From NCBI GenBank assembly GCA_964512695.1, contig CAZEJU010000001.1:7803-71802 (forward strand): a DNA stretch of 64,000 nt, in the 5' to 3' direction. The stretch is from an uncultured Gammaproteobacteria bacterium. Lineage in GTDB: Bacteria > Patescibacteriota > Microgenomatia > Levybacterales > UBA12049. The position numbers and the translations under genes are program-made. The notes beneath the pieces are model-generated. The model was given only the letters and a program-made list of their open reading frames with translations, was not told the origin of the DNA and ran no database searches. This document shows, piece by piece, positions 37,297 through 46,195 of this stretch (position 1 is its first letter; the number at the start of each line of letters is the position of its first letter).

Positions 37297-38289
37297 ATGA
37301 GAAACTTATTAGAATTAGGAATTTTCGAAACATACGGAAATGGTGGAGGAGCAATTACCAAAGATAGAGTATCTCCTCCTATTTATCCAGTAGATGCTAA
37401 TTTAGGTGAATGGAGGATACTAGCAACTGATCATGAAAGAGAATTCCCGGGCGAGCATCTCGAACGTGCTTTTGAAGTGATAAAGCAATGGCAGGAAGTA
37501 TTTCCTCGGGAAGATACCTGGATTAATCGTGCGTATGGTATTCCGTCACCGATTATTAAACTCGATGCAACAATTACTAATAATGAATTACAGGTGTATG
37601 AAGTAGAAGATAGACCAGCAGGAATGGGTTATAGCGAATTAATAAATCCTGACTTACGAACAAATTTTGCTGATATTGTATCTACTTGGCCAGATTTCCG
37701 AGTCGTCGTTTCTCCTCAAAGATCTGGAAATGACGATCATTTATGGGCAAAGCCAGCAGAAGCAGATTGGCATGGTCTAGTTCTCGTCCGGGCAGAACCG
37801 TCTGAAGAAGAATTCCATGCATTACAGCGAAGATCCATAAGTACTCTGCTTACAGAAGGAGACAAATCGTATGGTGAAAAAATGGGTTTATGGAAAAGAG
37901 TTCATACAGCAGATGAGATAGATTTTTCACAAGGTTTTGTCGTCAAGCCCACCCAAGGAAGCAAAGGGAATGGTGTGTATGTATCTTTACCGAAACAATA
38001 CATGAAAGAACATGGGATCGACCCAGGTAGAAATGGCGTAGCTACTGCAGGGAAAATACGAGGTGTAATCGATACTGCAGCAGCAAATGGAGGAGTCTTC
38101 GTACAACAATATCATCCTCCTATGGAAACAGGTATCCCGACCCATCCCTGGGCAGTAAACCGGTTATTCTTCGGGTATGATATGCAAAATGGAGAATGGA
38201 GATATATAGGGGGAACATGGAATGCTCGAAATAATTTGAAAATTCATGGAGCTAGTGATACATTAACTGGCCCGTTAAAAACGGTATAA
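37297..38289 (+). CDS. ATP-grasp-like protein
   Basis: FVVKPTQGSKGNGVYVS and ELQVYEVEDRPAGMG motifs, though in an unusual order. Start placed after the terminator T-run. Confidence 0.35.
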   Translation: MRNLLELGIFETYGNGGGAITKDRVSPPIYPVDANLGEWRILATDHEREFPGEHLERAFEVIKQWQEVFPREDTWINRAYGIPSPIIKLDATITNNELQVYEVEDRPAGMGYSELINPDLRTNFADIVSTWPDFRVVVSPQRSGNDDHLWAKPAEADWHGLVLVRAEPSEEEFHALQRRSISTLLTEGDKSYGEKMGLWKRVHTADEIDFSQGFVVKPTQGSKGNGVYVSLPKQYMKEHGIDPGRNGVATAGKIRGVIDTAAANGGVFVQQYHPPMETGIPTHPWAVNRLFFGYDMQNGEWRYIGGTWNARNNLKIHGASDTLTGPLKTV

Positions 38290-38346
38290 AAAAAATTGAT
38301 TAGATTTTACTTCACTTACCCTCGGTTCGTAAACGTAAATGCTCTC

Positions 38347-38376
38347 TTGACGTCCAAATAGATATAACTCTATAAT
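38347..38376 (+). promoter_or_regulatory. sigma70-like promoter TTGACG-N18-TATAAT
   Basis: Read directly from the sequence. Confidence 0.55.
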
Positions 38377-38390
38377 ACAAAGTGTTCTAT

Positions 38391-38438
38391 ATGAATATCA
38401 TGAATAACAATGGAGCAGTAAAGAAGAACCTCTCGTAA
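38391..38438 (+). promoter_or_regulatory. Asn-rich leader peptide ORF (MNIMNNNGAVKKNLS; 5 Asn, including NNN)
   Basis: ATG AAT ATC ATG AAT AAC AAT GGA GCA GTA AAG AAG AAC CTC TCG TAA. The 3' end overlaps the hairpin CCUCUCguaaGAGGGG, whose 3' arm can pair with the CCCCUUAC of the terminator. Confidence 0.55.
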
Positions 38439-38469
38439 GAGGGGTCTTTCTGTTGTCTGCACAATAGTA

Positions 38470-38492
38470 CCCCTTACAGAAGGGGTTTTTTT
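38470..38492 (+). terminator. intrinsic terminator CCCCTTacagAAGGGG + T7
   Basis: Followed by the tiny ORF MDFLLNQ (38493-38516), then a ~100-nt spacer carrying a GGAGG SD before the 38616 start. Confidence 0.6.
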
Positions 38493-38615
38493 ATGGATTT
38501 TTTGCTGAACCAATAGTTCTACTTAGAAATCCAAATCCTCCAAAAAGCGCTCTTCGAGCCGCAGTTCAAATGAACTAAAGCGGAAAGGAAGCTTAGGAGG
38601 ACAAAGCTTTACATT

Positions 38616-39899
38616 ATGAAAGAAGGACTAAAAGTATTATCACACTCATCTATAGAGGAATATCTATTCGATACTGATGTCGAAGACCGATATTATATTC
38701 CGTGGCGTGCAGCCGCAGAAGCAGCAGCAAGAATCGAACTAGGACAACAAGTTTTGACAATCCTTCCAAAACGTGAAGCTTTTAACGAATACCTCACCCT
38801 TTTACAAATGAAATTACTGGGAGGAAGAAGTATTCCAACGCTGTTTACACCTGATGAAGATTATCTTATGGATACTGATATTAAAAAATATCTTATGGAT
38901 ACTCTTCGTGGCAGATTTAACAGAAGTACCACTATTCATCCCTATCAAGCAACACCTGAATTTTATGATTGGGCGGGGGAGTTAGAACAGAAAGGCGTTA
39001 AAATTTACGCAGATAGAAAACGCAAAGACTTACGTGACTGGTGGGGACATAAAGGAGCATATCATCGATGGATAGATGATCTCGATACTCCCACTCAATT
39101 TGAAGGATTACATTTACCAATACCTCGAGGATACGTGGCTCAAAACCATGGAGAATTACTTGTAGCGAAAAAACTTCTACCAACTGACACTGTTGTGGCA
39201 AAACCAATTTTCGGAGCTGGTGGATTTCAAATAGAGTTCTTAGACGACGATAATATCGATACATATGAATGGCCTACCGACCCCACAACGGAAAAACCCA
39301 TGCCAGTTGCTGTACAAGAAAGACTAAGAATTGGTCGAGATGAATTCGGCGAACGTGTTTTTTCCTACCAGTTTGAGGGCCCACAACCAATGGGACGATT
39401 AACACGACAAATTATGGATCAGGAAACTGGGAAAGTCTGGAGTGGGAATAGAGTACCAGCAGATGTTACACCTGAGTTTGAACGAAGAGCAAAGGATGTA
39501 GTTCATACTTTAGTCATGAAAACAAAACCAAAAGGAGACGGGGGAGTCGATATAGCAGATGTAGATGGAGAACCAGTAATCATCGAAGTAAACGGAGGAA
39601 GGCCAACTGGCGCACATATGCCGAAACGATTTCAACAAGCCTTCGCGCCTGAAGCTCCACATTTCGTATTTCAGAAAGTAGAACCAAACGGATATTCACC
39701 ATTCGATATTTGGGATAGACTCGAAGGAGGAAACTTGCCTCGCACGAATGAAACTCTAGTATTTCAGCGTGAAAGACAACGCGGGGTTTTTCCATTAGTT
39801 TGGTTACCGAACTCTTGGGGAATGCTTGCAAGCTTCGGAGGATCATTCGAAGAAGCAAATAATCAGTTACTCGCAGCTCGTGATAGAATAGGCGTATGA
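38616..39899 (+). CDS. ATP-grasp ligase family protein
   Basis: VVAKPIFGAGGFQIEF (central domain) and EPVIIEVNGGRPTGAHMP (C-domain E.N.RP motif) in canonical order. Confidence 0.5.
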   Translation: MKEGLKVLSHSSIEEYLFDTDVEDRYYIPWRAAAEAAARIELGQQVLTILPKREAFNEYLTLLQMKLLGGRSIPTLFTPDEDYLMDTDIKKYLMDTLRGRFNRSTTIHPYQATPEFYDWAGELEQKGVKIYADRKRKDLRDWWGHKGAYHRWIDDLDTPTQFEGLHLPIPRGYVAQNHGELLVAKKLLPTDTVVAKPIFGAGGFQIEFLDDDNIDTYEWPTDPTTEKPMPVAVQERLRIGRDEFGERVFSYQFEGPQPMGRLTRQIMDQETGKVWSGNRVPADVTPEFERRAKDVVHTLVMKTKPKGDGGVDIADVDGEPVIIEVNGGRPTGAHMPKRFQQAFAPEAPHFVFQKVEPNGYSPFDIWDRLEGGNLPRTNETLVFQRERQRGVFPLVWLPNSWGMLASFGGSFEEANNQLLAARDRIGV

Positions 39900-40966
39900 C
39901 TGAGAAAAGGGTAGTACAAATATTTTTCGATTTAGTAAAAATTGACAGCCCTTCTGGACATGAAGAGAACGTTTTAGAGTATATAGAAGCATATTGCAAA
40001 AAACTCTCACTAAATACACAGAGGGATTCTTATGGAAACCTCATCGTTAAAAAAGAAGGAGTAGGTGAACCACTACTTCTCTGTTCACATGCCGATACAG
40101 TAGAACCAGGGAAAAATATTCAACCACGAATAGAGAACGGAATTATAAAAAGCGATGGTACGACGATACTTGGTGCTGATAATAAATCGTCTATTGCAGC
40201 GATTCTCGAGGCTGTGAAACAATTAGTTGAAGAAAAAAAACACCATAGGCCTCTAGAGCTTGTGTTTACAAAATCTGAAGAAGTTGCTAGCTGGGGAGCA
40301 GTATATCTGGACTACAAACAACTTCAAGCAAAAGAAGGATATACGATAGATAACGCAAATCCTGTAGGAACAATTGTCTACGCGTCTCCTTTTTACTATC
40401 GTTTCGATATTACAGTATTCGGTAAAGATGCCCATGCTTCAAGACCGCATGAAGGAATTCATGCTTTAAAAATCGCTGCAAGCGCCATTCATAAAATAAA
40501 ACTTGGAAAAATTGATACAAATACACTTGCCAATATCGGCATGATCCAATCAGGCCATGTACGCAACACAATTCCAGGTTCAGTAGTGCTTATGGGAGAA
40601 GTACGAAGCTATTCCGATGAGAAAGCTCAAAGGTACTTAAACAAAATTATTGATACATTTAGAAAAACTGCAGAAAAAACGGGAGGATCTATAACGTACG
40701 AAACGCTGAAAGAAAATGCTGGGTATATATATAAAACAAATGATCCCTTTGTAAAAAAAACGATGCAGATTATGAAAAAGATTGGAGTAGAAACGAACTT
40801 AATTAAAACTCTGGGCTGTGCCGATGCAAATGTGATCCAAGAGCATGGAATTAAAATGCTCGACCTGGGCGACGGCTCACGCAGAGCGCATACACTAAAG
40901 GAGTCAATACCGGTAGCACAGTTACAAAGAGTCGTTGAGCTAGTATTAGCTCTTGCTGGAGCATAA
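39896..40966 (+). CDS. M20 family peptidase, PepT-like (paralog of 30591)
   Basis: VVQIFFDLVKIDSPSGHEE; HADTVEPG metal site. Overlaps the stop of 38616 by 4 nt, so the two are translationally coupled. Confidence 0.7.
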   Translation: MTEKRVVQIFFDLVKIDSPSGHEENVLEYIEAYCKKLSLNTQRDSYGNLIVKKEGVGEPLLLCSHADTVEPGKNIQPRIENGIIKSDGTTILGADNKSSIAAILEAVKQLVEEKKHHRPLELVFTKSEEVASWGAVYLDYKQLQAKEGYTIDNANPVGTIVYASPFYYRFDITVFGKDAHASRPHEGIHALKIAASAIHKIKLGKIDTNTLANIGMIQSGHVRNTIPGSVVLMGEVRSYSDEKAQRYLNKIIDTFRKTAEKTGGSITYETLKENAGYIYKTNDPFVKKTMQIMKKIGVETNLIKTLGCADANVIQEHGIKMLDLGDGSRRAHTLKESIPVAQLQRVVELVLALAGA

Positions 40967-41067
40967 AACCATACACTCTTCACCCTCCCTTTTCGAATTT
41001 ACGTGAACACTTCCCGAGGTTTGAATAGAAACCAACCTCCCAGGTTGGCAACTAGTAATTTGAGGAC

Positions 41068-41097
41068 TTGCTTAAGGGAGCGTTTATGCGATATACT
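41068..41097 (+). promoter_or_regulatory. sigma70-like promoter TTGCTT-N18-TATACT
   Basis: Read directly from the sequence. Confidence 0.45.
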
Positions 41098-41106
41098 TTC
41101 TTCAAC

Positions 41107-41154
41107 ATGAGTAAATCAGTTTTCGGAACTACCACTACAACAACCCTTTCCTAA
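41107..41154 (+). promoter_or_regulatory. Thr-rich leader peptide ORF (MSKSVFGTTTTTTLS; six consecutive Thr codons)
   Basis: ATG AGT AAA TCA GTT TTC GGA ACT ACC ACT ACA ACA ACC CTT TCC TAA. Its stop abuts GGGAGGUUG (41155-63), which pairs with CAACCUCC (41180-87), the 5' arm of the terminator. Confidence 0.6.
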
Positions 41155-41182
41155 GGGAGGTTGGCGTGGTATTATTTAACAA

Positions 41183-41204
41183 CCTCCTTAATAGGAGGTT
41201 TTTT
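41183..41204 (+). terminator. intrinsic terminator CCTCCTtaatAGGAGG + T6
   Basis: Perfect 6-bp stem plus a T-run. A ~118-nt spacer follows before the 41323 start. Confidence 0.55.
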
Positions 41205-41322
41205 ATTGGGGAGAACACGTATCCGTCAGCTGAGGGATACCACGATAGAATCCCATGGATTATTGCATGGAATCCTATCGCCCCGGTGTACGTCAGGACT
41301 GAAAGCTGACCACAAATAACAT

Positions 41323-43107
41323 ATGACAAACGAACAAGAACTAAAAATAGGAGGACAAAAATCAGCGACGAAAGTTGATTTCGCTCATGCTGAGCATCCT
41401 TTAACCCATGCACGTCTTTATGAAGCAGTAGAAGAACGACGTGGTACCGTAGGTCCTGTAGGAGATGTTCCCAGAGCATATATAAGGGACTCTGCAACTG
41501 CGGCAATTATAGTAAGCACACCTTCAAAAGAGGTGGTTGCTGCTGTTCGATCACCTCTATGGATTCCTAGTGGTGTACGAAATGGAAGAGTAGAATTTGG
41601 TGGAAGACCAGATAAAGATCATATCGAATTTTCTTACTTACGTGAAACTGATTGGGAGTATGTAAAAGAATCTGCGAGGAAAAGATTAGACGCACTTAAA
41701 AAAGCCACAAAACTTAACGAATTTGTTGCTGAGCATGGAGGCTATCTCGGTATAGGAACAGAGCCGGAAGCATTTCTCCTTCATGAAGATGGCAGTGTCG
41801 TACAGATAAACGCTGGAGAGTCATTTTTAGGCCAGAGAGAAGACGCTCTGCCACCGATAGCGACACCCAGAGAGTATGCCCGCGCACGAGCGGAACTTAT
41901 TCAAAATCGAAGACAGCAATTACAGGCTGGTCAAATTGCCTTCGACGGCTCAGTTCGACCTACGGGGAAGATGAGCGAAACAAGAATAACCCAAGAAGGT
42001 GATGAAGCAATATATAATGTAGCTATCACGCAAGCGCTCCATACACGATACACCCATTGTGCAGATCCATTAACACGACAAATCATGGATCAGCTTGCTA
42101 AAACAGAAAACTATAGAGATTTTGACGAAATCTATAATCATGCTTCAACGATAACATACTGGGGTCCTCCCTCTGCATCGCATGCAGCTATAGGAATGCA
42201 TCAAAGACGCGAAAATGGGACAACCTTTGTACCAGAATGGGAAGCAGTAGCTCATGCAGATGTCATAAATAGCGATTTCGCAACTGCTGATGAACTACTG
42301 ATGATGTCAACGCCAGTCATATTCGGAGAACAACCTCAAGTTTTACATAAAGGTACATGGAGAAAACCACGCGACTATCGTCATTTTATGCGACATGTCG
42401 TTGACACTACCTATCCAGCACCTTTTGTCGGCTCGCCAGAAGCATTACGAGCAAATGTTACCGACAGTATACTCTCCGGCAGATCGCACACACTTGATAG
42501 ATCTGCATATACTGCAGATGTACATGGTTTATTAGTCCCTAACTATCATGGAAGAGTACGGATTAGACAAAAGGTTGATGTTACTCATAAAGGAGAAATT
42601 AAACAATCATGCCGTATAGAAGAAACAGGATGTTCACAGTCCGCATCTTTACCTGATGAATTGGCAAGAAATGCACTTATGCAGCTTAGAGCTGTTGCTG
42701 TCGACGAAGCCCTCGCAGCAGGTATGCATCCCTCTGAATTCTATAAAGAGAAATATCCGCATATGACAACTTGGCAAAAGCAGCAAGATATCGTACTCCA
42801 TGCAAATCTCTATGGTTTCCGACATCCTTTACCATCTGCTGTGATAATGGAAAATATTAGGCTTGTACGAGATATCGGTAAGAGATATCCTGTACTCGGT
42901 CTTCAAGCCGTACTCGCAGAAACACGCTTGAGAAATTTATTTGATGATCCAGCACGCTCTTTAGAAGTTTATGAACAAAAACCTATTGGTCCATTTAGCG
43001 AAGTTCTCCAGAATGAATTACATAATGGTACTTCACCTGTAGAACTCGCTCAAAAAGTAGCCGCTTACCAGGATACAGTAGCGGAAAAGATATTAAGAGT
43101 TCCATAG
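41323..43107 (+). CDS. GCS2/YbdK-like carboxylate-amine ligase family paralog
   Basis: EPEAFLLHED, SHAAIGMHQ and HGRVRIRQKVDVTHKGEI align with the family motifs, weakly. Lies immediately upstream of thrS. Confidence 0.35.
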   Translation: MTNEQELKIGGQKSATKVDFAHAEHPLTHARLYEAVEERRGTVGPVGDVPRAYIRDSATAAIIVSTPSKEVVAAVRSPLWIPSGVRNGRVEFGGRPDKDHIEFSYLRETDWEYVKESARKRLDALKKATKLNEFVAEHGGYLGIGTEPEAFLLHEDGSVVQINAGESFLGQREDALPPIATPREYARARAELIQNRRQQLQAGQIAFDGSVRPTGKMSETRITQEGDEAIYNVAITQALHTRYTHCADPLTRQIMDQLAKTENYRDFDEIYNHASTITYWGPPSASHAAIGMHQRRENGTTFVPEWEAVAHADVINSDFATADELLMMSTPVIFGEQPQVLHKGTWRKPRDYRHFMRHVVDTTYPAPFVGSPEALRANVTDSILSGRSHTLDRSAYTADVHGLLVPNYHGRVRIRQKVDVTHKGEIKQSCRIEETGCSQSASLPDELARNALMQLRAVAVDEALAAGMHPSEFYKEKYPHMTTWQKQQDIVLHANLYGFRHPLPSAVIMENIRLVRDIGKRYPVLGLQAVLAETRLRNLFDDPARSLEVYEQKPIGPFSEVLQNELHNGTSPVELAQKVAAYQDTVAEKILRVP

Positions 43108-43197
43108 GTACAAAGATGCAAGGTTCTACCGTAGTTCTCTGTAACATAAGATCTTCGTAACTATGCAACTATTCGCAGGTATGTTATAGTACAGCTT

Positions 43198-44937
43198 ATG
43201 GATAATAACGAAAAATTACAAAACTTACGACACTCAACAGCGCATTTACTTGCGGCTGCAGTCATGGAATTATGGCCTGATACGAAAAGAACAATAGGTC
43301 CTGCGATAGAAACTGGATTTTACTATGACTTCGATTTCGTAAAACCAATCTCAGTGGAAGACCTTCCTAAAATCGAACAAAAAATGCGGGAAATTCTTAA
43401 GTCATGGACAGGATTTATCAAAGAAGAAGTCTCAATAGAAGAAGCAAAAAAGAAAGTAGCAGGAAATGAATATAAACTCGAACTTATAGAAGAATTCGCG
43501 AAAGATAATAAAACCCTTACATTCTATACATCAGGTAATTATGAAGATTTATGTAAAGGCGGTCATGTAGAAAATCCAAAAATGGAAATCGGAGCATTTA
43601 AACTCCTCTCTCTCGCAGGCGCGTACTGGCGGGGAGACGAGAAAAACAAGATGTTAACTCGCATCTATGGTACTGCTTTTCCGACGAAACAAGAATTAGA
43701 AGAGTACCTAACCATGCTTGAGGAAGCGAAAAAACGAGACCATAAAAAATTGGGGAAGGAACTAGATCTCTTTATTTTTTCTCCTCTTGTAGGAGGGGGA
43801 CTTGCACTCTGGACACCCCGGGGGACAATTATTCGTGAAGAATTAGATAATTTTATTTGGCATATAAGAAAAAAGTTCGGTTATCAGAAAGTAACAATTC
43901 CTCATATTACAAAAAAAGATCTCTATGAGACATCCGGACACTGGGAAAAATTTGCAAATGAACTATTTAAAATCCAAACCCGTGAAGAAGATTTATTTGC
44001 GATGAAGCCTATGAATTGTCCTCACCATACACAACTCTACGCTTATAAACCTCGAAGCTACCGAGAGTTGCCACTACGTTATTCAGAAACAACTATGTGC
44101 TATAGAGACGAGCAAAGCGGAGAACTAGCTGGTTTATCCCGAGTTCGTGCTTTTACACAAGACGATGCGCATGTTTTTCTCAGAAAATCGCAAATAGAAG
44201 AAGAATTCTTACGAACTTGGGATATCGTAGATGATTTCTATAAAACTTTTGGCTTTGAGCTGAGAGTAAGGCTCTCACTTCATGATCCTGAACATATGGA
44301 AAAGTATCTAGGCGATGCGGGAATTTGGAAGGATGCTGAATCAAAAATTCGGGCGGTAGCAGAAAAAAGAAAAGCTAATACTTTTGAAGGAATTGGTGAA
44401 GCTGCAATGTATGGACCTAAACTAGACTTTATGACAAAAGATGCTCTTGGACGTGAATGGCAAGTAGCTACCATTCAACTTGATTTAAATCAACCAAAAC
44501 GCTTTGGCTTAACATGTATTAATGAAGAAGGAAAACAAGAAGACATCGTCATGATGCATTGTGCGGTTATGGGATCAATCGAAAGATTTGCTTCGATTTT
44601 AATCGAACATTACGCGGGAGCATTTCCACTCTGGCTTGCGCCAGTTCAAATCGAACTTTTACCAATAGCTGATCGCCATACAGAATATGCCCAATCAGTG
44701 TATAATCAGCTATCTGCAGCCAATATTCGTGTAAATCTTAATACCGAAAAAGCAACACTCCAGGCAAAAATACGTGAGGCTACTTTACAAAAAGTACCAT
44801 TTATGGGTATAATAGGCGATAAGGAAATTGCTGCAGAAGCGATTTCAGTCCGAACAAGAGAAGGAAAAGATGTCGGCCAACAACAGGTTGGTACATTTAT
44901 AACGGAGTTACAGGAAAAAATTGATAAAAAAGAATAG
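43198..44937 (+). CDS. thrS: threonyl-tRNA synthetase (lacking N-terminal TGS domain)
   Basis: HSTAHLLAAAV..GPAIETGFYYDFDF (editing domain); class II motifs; C-terminal anticodon-binding domain. Confidence 0.85.
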   Translation: MDNNEKLQNLRHSTAHLLAAAVMELWPDTKRTIGPAIETGFYYDFDFVKPISVEDLPKIEQKMREILKSWTGFIKEEVSIEEAKKKVAGNEYKLELIEEFAKDNKTLTFYTSGNYEDLCKGGHVENPKMEIGAFKLLSLAGAYWRGDEKNKMLTRIYGTAFPTKQELEEYLTMLEEAKKRDHKKLGKELDLFIFSPLVGGGLALWTPRGTIIREELDNFIWHIRKKFGYQKVTIPHITKKDLYETSGHWEKFANELFKIQTREEDLFAMKPMNCPHHTQLYAYKPRSYRELPLRYSETTMCYRDEQSGELAGLSRVRAFTQDDAHVFLRKSQIEEEFLRTWDIVDDFYKTFGFELRVRLSLHDPEHMEKYLGDAGIWKDAESKIRAVAEKRKANTFEGIGEAAMYGPKLDFMTKDALGREWQVATIQLDLNQPKRFGLTCINEEGKQEDIVMMHCAVMGSIERFASILIEHYAGAFPLWLAPVQIELLPIADRHTEYAQSVYNQLSAANIRVNLNTEKATLQAKIREATLQKVPFMGIIGDKEIAAEAISVRTREGKDVGQQQVGTFITELQEKIDKKE

Positions 44938-45502
44938 ATATCAACAAGAAAATAAAAAGTTTTATCGGACGAATGAGCGGATATTCGCACAAACGCTCAG
45001 GGTTGTCGATTCTGAGGGAAAGCAAATAGGTGTTTTCTCCAAACAAGAAGCGTTAGAAAAAGCGCGAGAAGAAGAGTTAGACCTTGTTGAAATAGCGCCA
45101 CAAGCGCAACCACCTGTAGCAAAAATCATAGATTTCCGAAAATTCCTCTATCAAGAAGAAAAAAAGAAAAAAGAAGAGAAAAAGAAAGCTAAAACCAGTG
45201 ATACAAAAGAAGTTCGACTCGGTCCTTTCATGTCTGACAACGATTTACAGGTCATGATAAACCGATGTAGAGATTTCCTAACAGAAGGAGATAAAGTACG
45301 ATTAGTCGTTAAGTTTCGAGGAAGACAAGTTACTCGATCAGATTTCGGTTTCGGTGTCGTCAAAAAAGTGATAGCAGCCGTTAACGATATTTCAAAAGTC
45401 GATAAAGATGCAAAAATGGAGGGGAGACAAATAGTAGCCGTTCTCTCTCCAGAAAGGAAAAAACAACATGGGCAAGATCAAAGTGAGAAAATCAGCAGCT
45501 AA
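44921..45502 (+). CDS. infC: translation initiation factor IF-3
   Basis: RVVDSEGKQIGV..EALEKAREEELDLVEI..PPVAKIIDFRKF. The start codon is uncertain and may be non-AUG, as usual for infC. Overlaps the thrS end. Confidence 0.8.
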   Translation: MIKKNRYQQENKKFYRTNERIFAQTLRVVDSEGKQIGVFSKQEALEKAREEELDLVEIAPQAQPPVAKIIDFRKFLYQEEKKKKEEKKKAKTSDTKEVRLGPFMSDNDLQVMINRCRDFLTEGDKVRLVVKFRGRQVTRSDFGFGVVKKVIAAVNDISKVDKDAKMEGRQIVAVLSPERKKQHGQDQSEKISS

Positions 45503-45665
45503 ACGTTTTAAAGTTACAAAAACAGGTAAAGTCATGCATGGTTCACAATATAGTAGTCATTTAAAACTACATAAGTCAAAAAGACGACTACGACGACAAA
45601 AAGAACCAACTGCATTAACAGGTGAATTTGCAAAGAAAATTAAAAGAATGCTCGCAGTGGGGTAA
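45468..45665 (+). CDS. rpmI: 50S ribosomal protein L35
   Basis: MGKIKVRKSAAKRFKVTKTGKVM. Confidence 0.85.
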   Translation: MGKIKVRKSAAKRFKVTKTGKVMHGSQYSSHLKLHKSKRRLRRQKEPTALTGEFAKKIKRMLAVG

Positions 45666-45737
45666 CGATTTTCACTGATCAGAAGCGGATTAACACGGAT
45701 CCGCGAAAATCTGTATAGAATCCGTGTAAATCATAAC

Positions 45738-46085
45738 ATGAGAATAAAAAGAGGGATGGTATCCCGAAGAAAACACAACAAACTATTAGGATTAACCAAA
45801 GGGTATCGTGGAACGAAAAGTAAACTCATAAAAGTGGCTCACGAAGCTGCGCTACATGCTGGCGCATACGCATTCCACGGTAGGAAACTTCGTAAACAGA
45901 ATTTCCGATCACTCTGGACTGTCCGTATAAGCGAGGCTTTAAAAACTGAAGACATGTCTTACAGTGTATTCATCAATAAATTAAAAAAGGCCAACATCAC
46001 ACTTGATAGAAAAATTCTCAGTGATCTCGTCGTAAACGATCCAGCCACATTTAAACACATTGTCAATTCGGTAAAAACAGAATAA
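45738..46085 (+). CDS. rplT: 50S ribosomal protein L20
   Basis: MRIKRGMVSRRKHNKLLGLTKGYRGTKSKL. Confidence 0.9.
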   Translation: MRIKRGMVSRRKHNKLLGLTKGYRGTKSKLIKVAHEAALHAGAYAFHGRKLRKQNFRSLWTVRISEALKTEDMSYSVFINKLKKANITLDRKILSDLVVNDPATFKHIVNSVKTE

Positions 46086-46195
46086 ACTCCCATTCTCCAT
46101 TGTCCATCTTCCATTTACCATTTATTCTCATTTATCTCATTTTTTGAATTTATTCTTTTCAATGGAAATGATACCTGGAAAATGGAAAATAAGTA
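46086..46195 (+). repeat. empty IVS-like inverted-repeat element (ccatt-rich arm / aatggaaatgatacctggaaaatggaaaataa arm) immediately upstream of pheS
   Basis: The right arm 46157-46189 is near-identical to 14056-14088. The left arm is a degenerate reverse complement. Only ~20 nt lie between the arms. Confidence 0.5.

Noticed and set aside
23700-43100. Impression that the regulon region is a higher-GC horizontally acquired island
   Set aside because: Hand counts of 60-nt coding samples inside (25141-25200, ~43%) and outside (661-720, 3001-3060, ~42%) are the same. I see no compositional island.
45666-45737. Hairpins between rpmI and rplT (GCGGAUUAACACGGAUCCGC etc.) as an L20 autoregulatory site
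   Set aside because: This is plausible by analogy with the E. coli infC-rpmI-rplT operator. I cannot distinguish it from a simple intergenic stem-loop by eye, so it is not listed as a feature.
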